From: a plasmid
Strand: one strand, 5' to 3'
Assembly (NCBI RefSeq): GCF_056746865.1
Contig: NZ_JBWKMP010000002.1
DNA: 64,000 bases
Shown here in pieces: positions 10,301 through 18,404 of the stretch. How positions within the stretch are numbered: position 1 is the first letter of the stretch; each line of letters starts with the position of its first letter. The notes below the pieces were generated by a model. That model saw only the letters and a list, made by a program, of their open reading frames with translations, was not told the DNA's origin and did not search any database. A program made the position numbers and the translations under genes.

Positions 10301-11655
10301 GTAGGTGTTAACGAAACTACTTTGTTGTCTATTGTTACTGATTTTATGTCAGCAACCCCAGCCTGCCCCTGGAAAGCTGCAACGATAATCTCGTTCAGGA
10401 AGTATACGGGTGCTCGTTTAGTTAATACCTGCCCATCTTTGAGAACCATAAGCGTTGGGTTATCAGACAGCATCAGTTTGCTTTCAGGCTCAGTGTACGT
10501 AGAAGAGTTTTTGCTCGTATTTTCTACTGTAAAAGTCGCTGCGTAGGACCCGTTTATAAGATCCGTTAAGTCGAAGATATAGAGGTACTCATCACCGACT
10601 TTTTGAGGTCCACTTACCGGCTGTAAAGTTCTACGTAAAGGGGTTGCCCAGGACTGTTTGAAATCAATCTCAGTGCCATCATCTAAAGTCACTTTAGTCG
10701 TCGGTTTAAACACGCCATCCGGAGTCATAGTGAGCGACATAGCTGTTGGGAGCCACCATTCACCTTCTGTTTCTTGCTGGGGTACCTTAACGGCCACAGC
10801 AACGGTTTTGGCTCCGGTATAGATGTCCTGGCCACCTACTTTGATTGTTTTAGCCTCATCGGTAAAATTCCAAAGTGTATGGTCTACTACAGGAGGCCGA
10901 TAATCCCAGTTAACAACAAGCTTTTTGGATTCAGGAGGTGCGAAATAATTATTCTTAGAGTTTGCTGTAATTGTGATATCACGTGAACCCAAAAGTTCAT
11001 CTGTATCACTGGCCTTAATGCTTCCAACTTCAATGGTACAGGAAGTTCCGCCAATAGGAACTTCACAGGCGGAGCCTGAACCTATTGAGATGTATTGAAT
11101 ATAATTGCGGGGCTCAACAGAAACAGCGATATCTTTGATCGCTTCATCCTTTAAATACGATTTGAAAGAAAAGCCGTCATAGACTAATCCGTTCAGGGAT
11201 GATTTAAGACCGGTGATAGTAGGTTTTACCGGTGCCACACTTTTGATTGAATATTCACCTTTTACTATTTCAACTTTTTTCCGTTCAGAACCAGAGAAGT
11301 AAGAAATCTTGTAAGGTAGTTTTAAATCACCGGTGGTGTTGGGAACGCCTGAAAGAGTGAAACCGTTAGAAGTAAATCCCAAGGTATTGGGTAACCACTC
11401 AAAAAAACAAACGAGGTTATCAACAGAGGAAGTCGCTCGATCATCAACCGTTACATTACAGGCTGTGCCTGCACCTGAGGCAGTGATAGTGTTAGAATTA
11501 ACGTATGCAACAAAGTCGCCCGGCCCCGGGTCAAAGGATACGGCTGGCAAATCAGCCTGTAGCTTTCCTGAAATCATAATCGCTTCGGCATAGACCGCTT
11601 TAATCGGAGCAATTAAAGAAAACAACAGGGCTAAACCTAAACCTGATTTTCTCAT
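7351..11655 (-). CDS. rsp: Giant secreted repetitive beta-rich (bacterial Ig-like) surface protein, RSP-like
   Basis: 1434 aa with signal peptide MRKSGLGLALLFSLIAPIKAVYA and long T/V/S/K-rich beta-strand-like repeats. It is embedded between the htd-position genes and trhP, as I recall for R27 RSP. Confidence 0.6.
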   Translation of the reverse strand: MRKSGLGLALLFSLIAPIKAVYAEAIMISGKLQADLPAVSFDPGPGDFVAYVNSNTITASGAGTACNVTVDDRATSSVDNLVCFFEWLPNTLGFTSNGFTLSGVPNTTGDLKLPYKISYFSGSERKKVEIVKGEYSIKSVAPVKPTITGLKSSLNGLVYDGFSFKSYLKDEAIKDIAVSVEPRNYIQYISIGSGSACEVPIGGTSCTIEVGSIKASDTDELLGSRDITITANSKNNYFAPPESKKLVVNWDYRPPVVDHTLWNFTDEAKTIKVGGQDIYTGAKTVAVAVKVPQQETEGEWWLPTAMSLTMTPDGVFKPTTKVTLDDGTEIDFKQSWATPLRRTLQPVSGPQKVGDEYLYIFDLTDLINGSYAATFTVENTSKNSSTYTEPESKLMLSDNPTLMVLKDGQVLTKRAPVYFLNEIIVAAFQGQAGVADIKSVTIDNKVVSLTPTNYRGIYYLPVGDDLAVNSDHEITVVAENLYGKNVNFSTVFTYQPTGFTLKNLEKNVTLYSRVRQYTDLLSQTAGDKCTLFTTEENANAYLAWYGEKSDVTACYPQWNNVPDGLEFYFKGRTPGLTGFFNKTGENLLDYQVYMINGKGSKAVSARNRRTLTTQLPYNPIISYKKNKVIAGINPNTALAYTTGGEAARILAKVVPADVTMIVSQNGSEAVKTSFKNRSSNNDATTFVQRVKVAAAPLWTKNVFDIAVEYSKDPELRTTDTLNVYTVPDFNIRASMEVDDRKTATSLEVPLKVTVGRYNNSTRKSAFDRKTMGEWDVTIYSQKSVYGKDPETGRYKTTYERTALTEALPVNDAGIVETKIKIENMDLGNMRLVGVAKVRSPFSDFEMKRETSAVGIRIYKGEELEGNLSKSLIIGRIPLSTLVSFKSASTANSDALAPTEWQQSSDNGQTWNMLSDMTGKRSVSIKKTEVGKWLYRAKMTNKFTSKVSYTDALTVVTYKQPKLSIDVTDILQGSDVPVTLLDNDEPIPAGTAEVLWSEDKVNWVQGDTTYTVASADTLPSTIYARMRYLDFDELAEESSWKETSARLAAAKPKRLSVSVTGVSKVEVGQKVTLEGKFTNPNSKYQNGNNVVEEWKTPDGQTFKGSTLSVTLTEQMLDKQGYAAFEYSAWLADNKENTVSTRRVSVKSWVYKFPEMKISSKLKYDMAPTTLRVALSGIKDGDYPGVTYSREWIYDKENLVITKDEGDTKEFTIENPGKYTLMVVFKDNRNNEQRIENTFVVDEQTPMNVEMTPKFSNKYMRAPLDVTLRSNIKLSHSADSIDTVTYKVNGEVIPSGKNYWAQLISGLKEKKYEITIDVVSKLGQRGSASVEFDVVKNAVPNCTLSYTETNLSWSFTNKCDDTDGKMVRYEWFINGELRNVFGSTATLSKNLNRGKQDIKVIAYDDSGDFATQHVTVFGPAEEASKSENTVSIPSSE

Positions 11656-11774
11656 GACGAATACCTGTTTTTCTGAGCAAAATTAAACTCACTTTACGAT
11701 GAAAAACAGAAATATCCGTTCGTATAACATTTAAAAAAACCTGTATTTTTCCATGTATTCCGTATGTTAATACG

Positions 11775-12329
11775 CTATTTTGAATTCTTGGCTTCAGATA
11801 AGCGAAGCGCGGTAATTATAGACTCGGAGCTTACCCAAGGCGTTTTTTGAGCAAGATATCCAAGTATGTAGAGGCCAATTTTAACGCAGTCCATTTGTGA
11901 GACGGGGACCATGTGCATGAAGGGTTTTAAGCCGTCTTTATCGACTGGAACTATCCCTGCTGATAACAACAAACCGCCCCTCTCGTTTGGGGTAACGCTT
12001 ATATTTTTGTATACGACGTGGCCATGATGTGAGGTTTTCCTCTTATCAATTTTTAAAGTATGCATGATTCTAAGAAATACAGATGCCATCTGCATAACTT
12101 CATTCGTCGACAATTTTAGAAGTACAGAACGGTTTGAGCCCCAGTCATAATCTTTTTTGGCGTTCCTCGGAGCGACGTGCAATGTAAGATAATAATTATC
12201 AATCTCATTTGAAAAAGGTGAAGGTTTTGATGAGCTAACATCTTCATTGTTCATCTCAATGACAAGTGCTGCATCCTGACCAAAAGCTTTTACATTATGG
12301 TTTTTAAGAGAGAAGTCTGAAGTTGCCAT
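11775..12329 (-). CDS. Hypothetical protein, third gene of the transfer operon that ends in trhN (htd-gene position)
   Basis: The track ORF runs to 12356. I prefer the ATG at 12329 (MATSDFSLKNH...) because the extra codons are the AAAAGTCACTTTT palindrome that overlaps the upstream stop. No family recognised. Confidence 0.5.
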   Translation of the reverse strand: MATSDFSLKNHNVKAFGQDAALVIEMNNEDVSSSKPSPFSNEIDNYYLTLHVAPRNAKKDYDWGSNRSVLLKLSTNEVMQMASVFLRIMHTLKIDKRKTSHHGHVVYKNISVTPNERGGLLLSAGIVPVDKDGLKPFMHMVPVSQMDCVKIGLYILGYLAQKTPWVSSESIITALRLSEAKNSK

Positions 12330-12332
12330 ATA

Positions 12333-12345
12333 AAAAGTCACTTTT
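12333..12345. promoter_or_regulatory. Dispersed palindrome AAAAGTCACTTTT at a gene junction
   Basis: Perfect 6+1+6 palindrome immediately 5' of the ATG at 12329, overlapping the stop of the 141-aa ORF. Its extended context ATCAAAAGTGACTTTTTAT matches the sites at 34319 and 45500. Confidence 0.45.
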
Positions 12346-12763
12346 GATAAAACCACATACCACCTAATGATTCATCATCGGCAAGATGCTTGAAATTTGA
12401 GAGTGTATATCCTGTTTTGGTTTCAGAAATCACCATGCTGTAAGATGCCGTATGTACAAGGCGAGAATTGTTTAGATCAAGATCATCACAAAAACCAGGG
12501 CTTTTGACGGGGTCAGCCTTTTCAACAAAAGTTACTTTTGAAGCGATGCCGTTGATCACGATTTTCTCGTTATCAGCAATTTTAATGTTTAAAGAAGGCG
12601 AGCTTTTATCACATGGCAGGAAGAGTGATGTCTTTTTAAATGTGTTTCCAGTGAAGTCCAAAAGGTCAGGTTTAACCGGAACATTGTTTAGGATTTTATA
12701 AACTCCAGCAAATGCACATATCACAACAAAACCAGATAAAACATATCTAATCTTAGACTTCAT
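12338..12763 (-). CDS. Hypothetical membrane-anchored or secreted protein
   Basis: 141 aa with an N-terminal hydrophobic segment (YVLSGFVVICAFAGVYKIL). Overlapping ends suggest translational coupling to its neighbours. Confidence 0.5.
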   Translation of the reverse strand: MKSKIRYVLSGFVVICAFAGVYKILNNVPVKPDLLDFTGNTFKKTSLFLPCDKSSPSLNIKIADNEKIVINGIASKVTFVEKADPVKSPGFCDDLDLNNSRLVHTASYSMVISETKTGYTLSNFKHLADDESLGGMWFYQK

Positions 12764-13088
12764 CCCCCAGTTCCTCTCCTAAAAGTTTTAACGCACTTAC
12801 GCACATAAGCCTCAACTGATACAGTAAGTTATCAGCGGTTATTCCACCAACGAAGGTAACTGTACGTCGTATTGATGCTCCGCCAGGCTCGCACTGGATA
12901 TGGCCGATACCAGAATCACGGAGGAAGTCATTTTCTGCACTTACAAGGTCTGACTCTACAGGTGGAATGATAACTTCAATGAGTATTGTATCAACTGGGG
13001 CCCACTCCCAATCGAACTTAAGAGAGGAAATTGGGGATATAGAAACAAGAAGCTCATCAATATTAAAAATTACGGGTTTTATTCCCAT
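12753..13088 (-). CDS. Hypothetical protein, first gene of the operon (positional equivalent of IncHI htdA)
   Basis: 111 aa, preceded by a 520-bp AT-rich non-coding region. No motif recognised, so the assignment is by position only. Confidence 0.4.
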   Translation of the reverse strand: MGIKPVIFNIDELLVSISPISSLKFDWEWAPVDTILIEVIIPPVESDLVSAENDFLRDSGIGHIQCEPGGASIRRTVTFVGGITADNLLYQLRLMCVSALKLLGEELGDEV

Positions 13089-13530
13089 AACCTCAGACTG
13101 AATGAAGCGGCTTTCTAACCATAACTACCGGAAACTCTGAAATAGTCAGAACTCCGATTAACTGGTCTCGGCGTAAACCATGTATTAGTGAGTTGCGAGA
13201 TAGCATTCGATCAGCCTTTATTATAATAATCAAACATTTGGGACAAGAACAAAAGGGATTACAGAAACGAAGATTCTACATGAACATCGTTGTCAGTGAC
13301 CTTAGGTCCATCGGGTATAAGGGTATCAAAAAATCCTTACATAACCATTAAAGCACAGAGACTTTATAAGTAAAATAATAATTAAGTACCAGATTTATTA
13401 AGATAATTCTTAGGTTTTTTACAAATTTAGGAAAAATCCGCACTTCCTGTAACAGCACCCAAATTAACCTAAAATACCGTTTCATTAACAGTAATTTTAC
13501 ATACCCAGGTGAAGCCTGAAATTATTATAA

Positions 13531-13560
13531 CAAAAAAAAGGCCAGCAAGTATGCTGGCTT
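13531..13560 (-). terminator. Rho-independent terminator after parR
   Basis: Stem GCCAGCA / TGCTGGC (13541-13547 and 13552-13558) with loop AGTA. On the minus strand it is followed by T8 (A8 at 13532-13539). Confidence 0.7.
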
Positions 13561-13609
13561 TCCTGGTAAGACAAGTTGGAACTCAGAAGTCGATTGTACT
13601 GTCTCTCAC

Positions 13610-14248
13610 CTATCTTGCCAAAGTTGCCAGTCGCTTGTTTGCCTTAGCTTTAGATTTTATGCTTATGGAGGCGGTTTGATTTTCATCCGATACTTTTTCT
13701 AGCACTGGCACCACAGCGGAAATGGACTTTTCTTTTGAAATTTTGGATGCATCTGAAGAAAGTGGGCTTTCAGATGGTATAGAGGTATCGCTTCCCTCAT
13801 TTTCAATCTTCACACCAAAGCAGGCATGTTCCTTTTGTACAAGGAAGGTTTCTTTTACAGAAACAGAATCCTGCTTTGAATTATCTAATTGTAGAGGTGT
13901 TAAATACTCCTTAAACTTTTGATCTAAGACATTCTCTAGCAATACATTAATAGGAGGCTTAGGTTCAGTATCTATAGTATTTCCATCATTCAGAAACCTA
14001 TTAAGATCTGCAAGTGTTAATCTTTCGTTTAAACCATTTATAAAATTTGCCAAGTCAGGAAATAAATTATTCAATACCAACCCGGTACTAATAGCCGACC
14101 TAATTAAATCCAGTTGGTCACCCCTATGAGAAAGTTCTGTTTTTTTCAAGAAACTATAAACATAGGGTGCTTTTCTTTCGGATATCCAGAAAGACCGGAT
14201 CTGAATCCGGTCGTTATCTGCCTTATTTGAGATAGGGTTTTTAGCCAT
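13610..14248 (-). CDS. parR: Putative ParR-type centromere-binding adaptor of the actin-like partition module
   Basis: 212 aa, 12 nt downstream of parM in the same operon. The call rests on position plus a basic N-terminus; no sequence motif was verified. Confidence 0.5.
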   Translation of the reverse strand: MAKNPISNKADNDRIQIRSFWISERKAPYVYSFLKKTELSHRGDQLDLIRSAISTGLVLNNLFPDLANFINGLNERLTLADLNRFLNDGNTIDTEPKPPINVLLENVLDQKFKEYLTPLQLDNSKQDSVSVKETFLVQKEHACFGVKIENEGSDTSIPSESPLSSDASKISKEKSISAVVPVLEKVSDENQTASISIKSKAKANKRLATLAR

Positions 14249-14259
14249 GTTCTAGCTCA

Positions 14260-15297
14260 TTATTCTGAATAAATAGTATCAGCAATTGCCAAAGATAATG
14301 CGAACTGCGGATTGTCTACCATGATAACTTTAGCCGTTTCAAAATGTTTACGAATAGCTGTTTCGATGAGATATGAACCTCCCCCAACAAGGAAAACATT
14401 ATGAGGCCTCTCTTCGACTTGTGTAACCGCTCTGATTACTTTACTTTGCAACTTCTGTACCGCAGAGTTTACCGCATCAAAAACACCGTCACGCTTGTCC
14501 TCTGCAACCTTCAAAGCTGATTTATCATGACGATTATCAACAAGATGATGAATGTAAGCATTACTCGTATTCAGTTTCTCAGATTCAAGATACCTGCTGA
14601 TCTCATCGTAAACAATAGAACAACCAATACGGTCAAAACCTTTTACTTTCGAAATCTGTTCTAATTGCCCAGTAATACTTGCAACATCAAGAGTAGTACC
14701 ACCAAGATCAATTACCAAACTTGATTCAAATGAAGCAATATCCTCAATTTCATCTGCCCGGGTCACAGCTGGTAAAGATTCAGGGAAAACAGTCACAGAC
14801 AAAACGTTGAAAGAATAGCGTTTACCGTCAAGATAACGCTCAACTGGTTTCATCAGGTTATCTTTTTTTCTCTGAATATTTTCAATATTCGTTTCCCCTA
14901 AAGCAGTATAGAACTGGCTAAGAGGTAAAGTAACAAAGAGGTGAACATCCTGAGGAACTAAACCAGAAGCATGAAGTGCATGGTGAACATTTAACCGGCT
15001 AATTTCATCGTATTGGTGAGATACATCAGTCGATTCCAGTGAGTTACTAGATTCGCTGTGATGCGAAAACCTTTCCAGCCCATCAATAAGATAGTTAAAA
15101 GGATTGAGACCCTCATGGCGAACACGGAAATCTGGAACAAAACTATTTTGTGTGAGCAAGGGAACTAATTCGTTTCTTTCATTAAGACAAACCAGTTTTG
15201 CAGCTTTACTTCCATCATCGACAACGATTTTTAAAGCTTCAGTGATATCCTGCAATGATTGTGAAACAGGACTTTCAGATTTTAATAGTTCAGCCAT
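14260..15297 (-). CDS. parM: ParM/StbA actin-like plasmid segregation ATPase
   Basis: 345 aa. The actin-fold phosphate motifs VIDLGGTTLDV and VFLVGGGSYLI are visible, and size and pairing with a downstream small gene fit a type II par module. Confidence 0.8.
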   Translation of the reverse strand: MAELLKSESPVSQSLQDITEALKIVVDDGSKAAKLVCLNERNELVPLLTQNSFVPDFRVRHEGLNPFNYLIDGLERFSHHSESSNSLESTDVSHQYDEISRLNVHHALHASGLVPQDVHLFVTLPLSQFYTALGETNIENIQRKKDNLMKPVERYLDGKRYSFNVLSVTVFPESLPAVTRADEIEDIASFESSLVIDLGGTTLDVASITGQLEQISKVKGFDRIGCSIVYDEISRYLESEKLNTSNAYIHHLVDNRHDKSALKVAEDKRDGVFDAVNSAVQKLQSKVIRAVTQVEERPHNVFLVGGGSYLIETAIRKHFETAKVIMVDNPQFALSLAIADTIYSE

Positions 15298-15494
15298 AAA
15301 AACTCTCTTTTATTAATAGGACCATATTAGATATTAACTTTATACATTAATGGTGACCTATTATCAACATCAACACTATTAAAAAAATACGTAACTCTAT
15401 GTTATTTCAGCATCCTTCCATTTTAAATACATTACCGTTAAATATCCTGTATTCATGAAGTAAACATGTTTATAAAGGAGCCAATTATAATCAG

Positions 15495-15505
15495 AAAGTT
15501 ACTTT
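15495..15505. promoter_or_regulatory. Dispersed palindrome AAAGTTACTTT in the divergent parM / 315-aa gene promoter region
   Basis: Exact 5+1+5 palindrome, ~190 bp upstream of parM and ~160 bp upstream of the gene starting at 15661. Confidence 0.4.
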
Positions 15506-15660
15506 GCATCCTAAGTATGAACTGTTTGAGAGCCAGGACTGGAGCCTTTACCAGTAAGTAACAAAGGTCCTTAGGCTTAGAATCCAAAATGACGCCTTTA
15601 TGTAAAAAAATCATAGCTCGAAATACCGTATCATCGATGTAAACATACGTAGAGGAATTT

Positions 15661-16608
15661 ATGGCAGCTGAGCACGTCCAAACTATAGACCTTACAAACT
15701 TCTCGGGAAGGATTTTCTTTCTGGCAGATCCTCATGGACATTACTCTGCGCTGTGCAACTTGATTCAATCAGTTACAAAGCCAGAAGAAGAGATAGTAAT
15801 TTTCTCTACTGGAAATTTGTTTGACTATGGGCCGGAACCCATAGAGTTGATGAAGGCGATAAACAGTGGCTTTTTCGATGGACGTTTTGTGAGGCATTTC
15901 TCAGCTGCCGGAGCCGGAGAAGAAATGTTAAAAAAATTGTTACCATTAAACAAAGACCGGAGAACATTTTACCCCAGCACATACCTCAATGAGAGATGGT
16001 GTGTAATGGGCGGAAAGTGGCATAAAGCTGTAAATCGTTACTATTTAGAGGAAGAGGTAAAAAAACTTCTTAATACCCAGCTTGGTACGATGATGCAGAT
16101 TTTACTCAAAGGCGATATAAAAATTGGGGTTTGCCCTTCTGATTACGCCCCTATCCGCACATCATTCACTGATACTTATAATGCGCTTCAAGCATTCAAC
16201 TATGCCAATGTGAATATTTTTCAGAGCCAGTTTCTATTCGGTATGGACCATGCCGTAATACCAATGATGATAAATGACGTCAACCTTATGGTCCTAGGTA
16301 GGAATCCTGTAAACAGCATTCGAAAAGCCCATGGTCGTACTCAAAACAATCTTCCAGTACTGATCGGTAATTGTTTACATATAAATACTGGATCACTCTA
16401 TATGTCAAAATTAGAAGACCAGGTAATAGTTGCTCCGGGTATACCGCCAACTGACTCACCAGCACTTACATTAGTAGAAATAATCATGAAGAACAATCCA
16501 GTTTTATTGTGTCATCAGCTAATACAAACAACAAACAAGTTTTATTCACTTAAAACCTATCCGTTAGAACTCGATTCGATTGAAAACAACATTGAGGTAA
16601 CAAGATGA
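15661..16608 (+). CDS. Lambda-phosphatase/PrpA-like metallophosphoesterase homolog with degenerate catalytic motifs
   Basis: LADPHG matches GDxHG. GNLFDYGP replaces GDxxDRGP, AGAGEE replaces GNHE, VMGGKW matches MNGGDW, GRNP replaces GHTP, and HINTGS matches YIDTGA. See the findings. Confidence 0.5.
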   Translation: MAAEHVQTIDLTNFSGRIFFLADPHGHYSALCNLIQSVTKPEEEIVIFSTGNLFDYGPEPIELMKAINSGFFDGRFVRHFSAAGAGEEMLKKLLPLNKDRRTFYPSTYLNERWCVMGGKWHKAVNRYYLEEEVKKLLNTQLGTMMQILLKGDIKIGVCPSDYAPIRTSFTDTYNALQAFNYANVNIFQSQFLFGMDHAVIPMMINDVNLMVLGRNPVNSIRKAHGRTQNNLPVLIGNCLHINTGSLYMSKLEDQVIVAPGIPPTDSPALTLVEIIMKNNPVLLCHQLIQTTNKFYSLKTYPLELDSIENNIEVTR

Positions 16609-17132
16609 AGATAAAATGGAAGATTATCTCAATTTCAACATTACTTTTGCATCTTCACGCAGCAGCTGCACCACATCAAGAGAAAGAGCAAAGAAAAGAT
16701 GCTTTTTCTTCTGCCGCTCAGAAAAGTGATTCACTTATATCTGCTAAAGCGGAGCTTATAAACGGAAGGTGGTTTATAAATGGTAAATATAGGCCTGTTC
16801 TAAAGACCAGCATGACCAAAACCAATTTCTTAGAAATCATGAATGTTTCAAATAAAGAATCACTTTTTATGGTGATACCGAAACTTGAGTATAATATCAT
16901 TGCCAAAAATAAAATCTTACTAAATGAAAAAATTGCATTAAGCGAAGGCACATCCGGAAAAAGCATTATTTGGGTCGAGCCTAAATCAAGTATAACTATA
17001 TCGTTTATAAATGACCTTGCTAATACGCCCCTTCAGGCTATCGTTTCGATCACAAGAAACAACAAAGATGTAATTGCCATCTTTGGACCGGATCAGGGTA
17101 AAGGGTTTACTCTTCCCGGGAAAGACATCTAA
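16605..17132 (+). CDS. Secreted hypothetical protein
   Basis: 175 aa with signal peptide MKIKWKIISISTLLLHLHAAAA. ATGA start/stop overlap with the upstream gene. Confidence 0.55.
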   Translation: MKIKWKIISISTLLLHLHAAAAPHQEKEQRKDAFSSAAQKSDSLISAKAELINGRWFINGKYRPVLKTSMTKTNFLEIMNVSNKESLFMVIPKLEYNIIAKNKILLNEKIALSEGTSGKSIIWVEPKSSITISFINDLANTPLQAIVSITRNNKDVIAIFGPDQGKGFTLPGKDI

Positions 17133-17442
17133 TGATCAAGTGTCCGTTCCTGACGATTCTGATCTAAATATAAAAAAACTTAACATACCTCAAAGTGTTG
17201 GTAATTCAGTAACCATCAATCCTAAAGAGAAGAATTACCTCTTAGTTGGACAAGTAAAATATAAAATCTTATCTCTTCCGAAATATCAACATTTAGAATT
17301 TTCTGAACCGGTTTATATTGAGAAAAGAAAAGATATCCTCGGTGGTTATCGTTATTGGACGAAAGAAACAATTCTCTACCCCGGTGAATCATTATCTTTT
17401 ATAACCAGCGCCAAAAACAATCTAAGGAAGCGGGATGATTAA
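17074..17442 (+). CDS. Hypothetical protein; uncertain start or frameshifted continuation of the previous ORF
   Basis: It overlaps the upstream ORF by 59 nt, and both frames read PGK at 17115-17124. It is either one gene with a 1-nt indel near CCCGGGAAA or a separate gene starting at GTG 17140. Confidence 0.4.
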   Translation: MPSLDRIRVKGLLFPGKTSNDQVSVPDDSDLNIKKLNIPQSVGNSVTINPKEKNYLLVGQVKYKILSLPKYQHLEFSEPVYIEKRKDILGGYRYWTKETILYPGESLSFITSAKNNLRKRDD

Positions 17443-17956
17443 AGTTATCACACTTTTATTGTTTGCATTACTGACTGGTTGTCAGTCAGTAGAAAGTAAA
17501 ATCGAAGAACTCCCGATAGTTGGTTTTGACCCTATTCTATACAATAAAAGTGAGGCCTTTACTGACGGAAAAGTTACTTTACGTGTCGAAAGTTCAGGAA
17601 CTGATGTTTGGCTTGTCGCCAAGAATGGAACCAGAAGTTTTATTGAGCTTTCAGGCCTAACGCTAGGTGGTAGTCGTTGTGCTTACAATGCCCGTAGTAA
17701 GCAACTTTTGCCCCCAGGCAGCGTAAGCACATTCGTAGTTCCTACGGTTGGAATGCTTGGACTTTGCTTCAACAATGAAGATCAACTTATGTTTATTAAC
17801 CGTGCTTTTAGCAGAATCTCTCCCAAAGCAAAAGGAAAAGATTCTCTTTCTCTTTTATTTTCTGTTAGTTACGATTTTCCCGGAAAAGCGGACCTAATTA
17901 ATAACCACGATTTTCAAGAGTTATATCTTTTATTTTTGAATGAGGATAATCTATGA
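17435..17956 (+). CDS. Lipoprotein, function unknown
   Basis: 173 aa with lipobox LLTGC at the end of signal peptide MIKVITLLLFALLTGCQS. Confidence 0.6.
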   Translation: MIKVITLLLFALLTGCQSVESKIEELPIVGFDPILYNKSEAFTDGKVTLRVESSGTDVWLVAKNGTRSFIELSGLTLGGSRCAYNARSKQLLPPGSVSTFVVPTVGMLGLCFNNEDQLMFINRAFSRISPKAKGKDSLSLLFSVSYDFPGKADLINNHDFQELYLLFLNEDNL

Positions 17957-18273
17957 AAAAAACATTAATTGTTATTTTATTATGTTTTTGTCACTCAGTT
18001 TTAGCATATCCATACCGTATCTATACTGTCCCGGAAGGGGCATTAGTAAAAAACATACTAACTAATGAATATCTAGGAAAAACCCCTGTGGTTGTGGACG
18101 TGAGCAATACCGAAGCTGGTTCTACTTTTGGGATTTCTTTATTTAGACATGAAAATGTTGCTATAAAGATTTTTACAGTAATGCCTTCAGCAGAAAATAA
18201 TTTTGCTGTTTCTGGACTCAGATGTTGCAACTATGTCATTGCCGGGCAAAGCACCTTTAAACGTAGTAAATGA
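17953..18273 (+). CDS. Small secreted hypothetical protein
   Basis: 106 aa with signal peptide MKKTLIVILLCFCHSVLA. ATGA overlap with the upstream gene. Confidence 0.55.
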   Translation: MKKTLIVILLCFCHSVLAYPYRIYTVPEGALVKNILTNEYLGKTPVVVDVSNTEAGSTFGISLFRHENVAIKIFTVMPSAENNFAVSGLRCCNYVIAGQSTFKRSK

Positions 18274-18404
18274 TGGGAATGGCGCTTCTGTTCATATAGA
18301 ACTAAGACCTTATATGTCTGAACCTGCGCACACCCCATATTAATATAACAAGAAATTAAAAATATAAATCATATGAACTGCATCATAAAGATGCAGTTCA
18401 ATAT

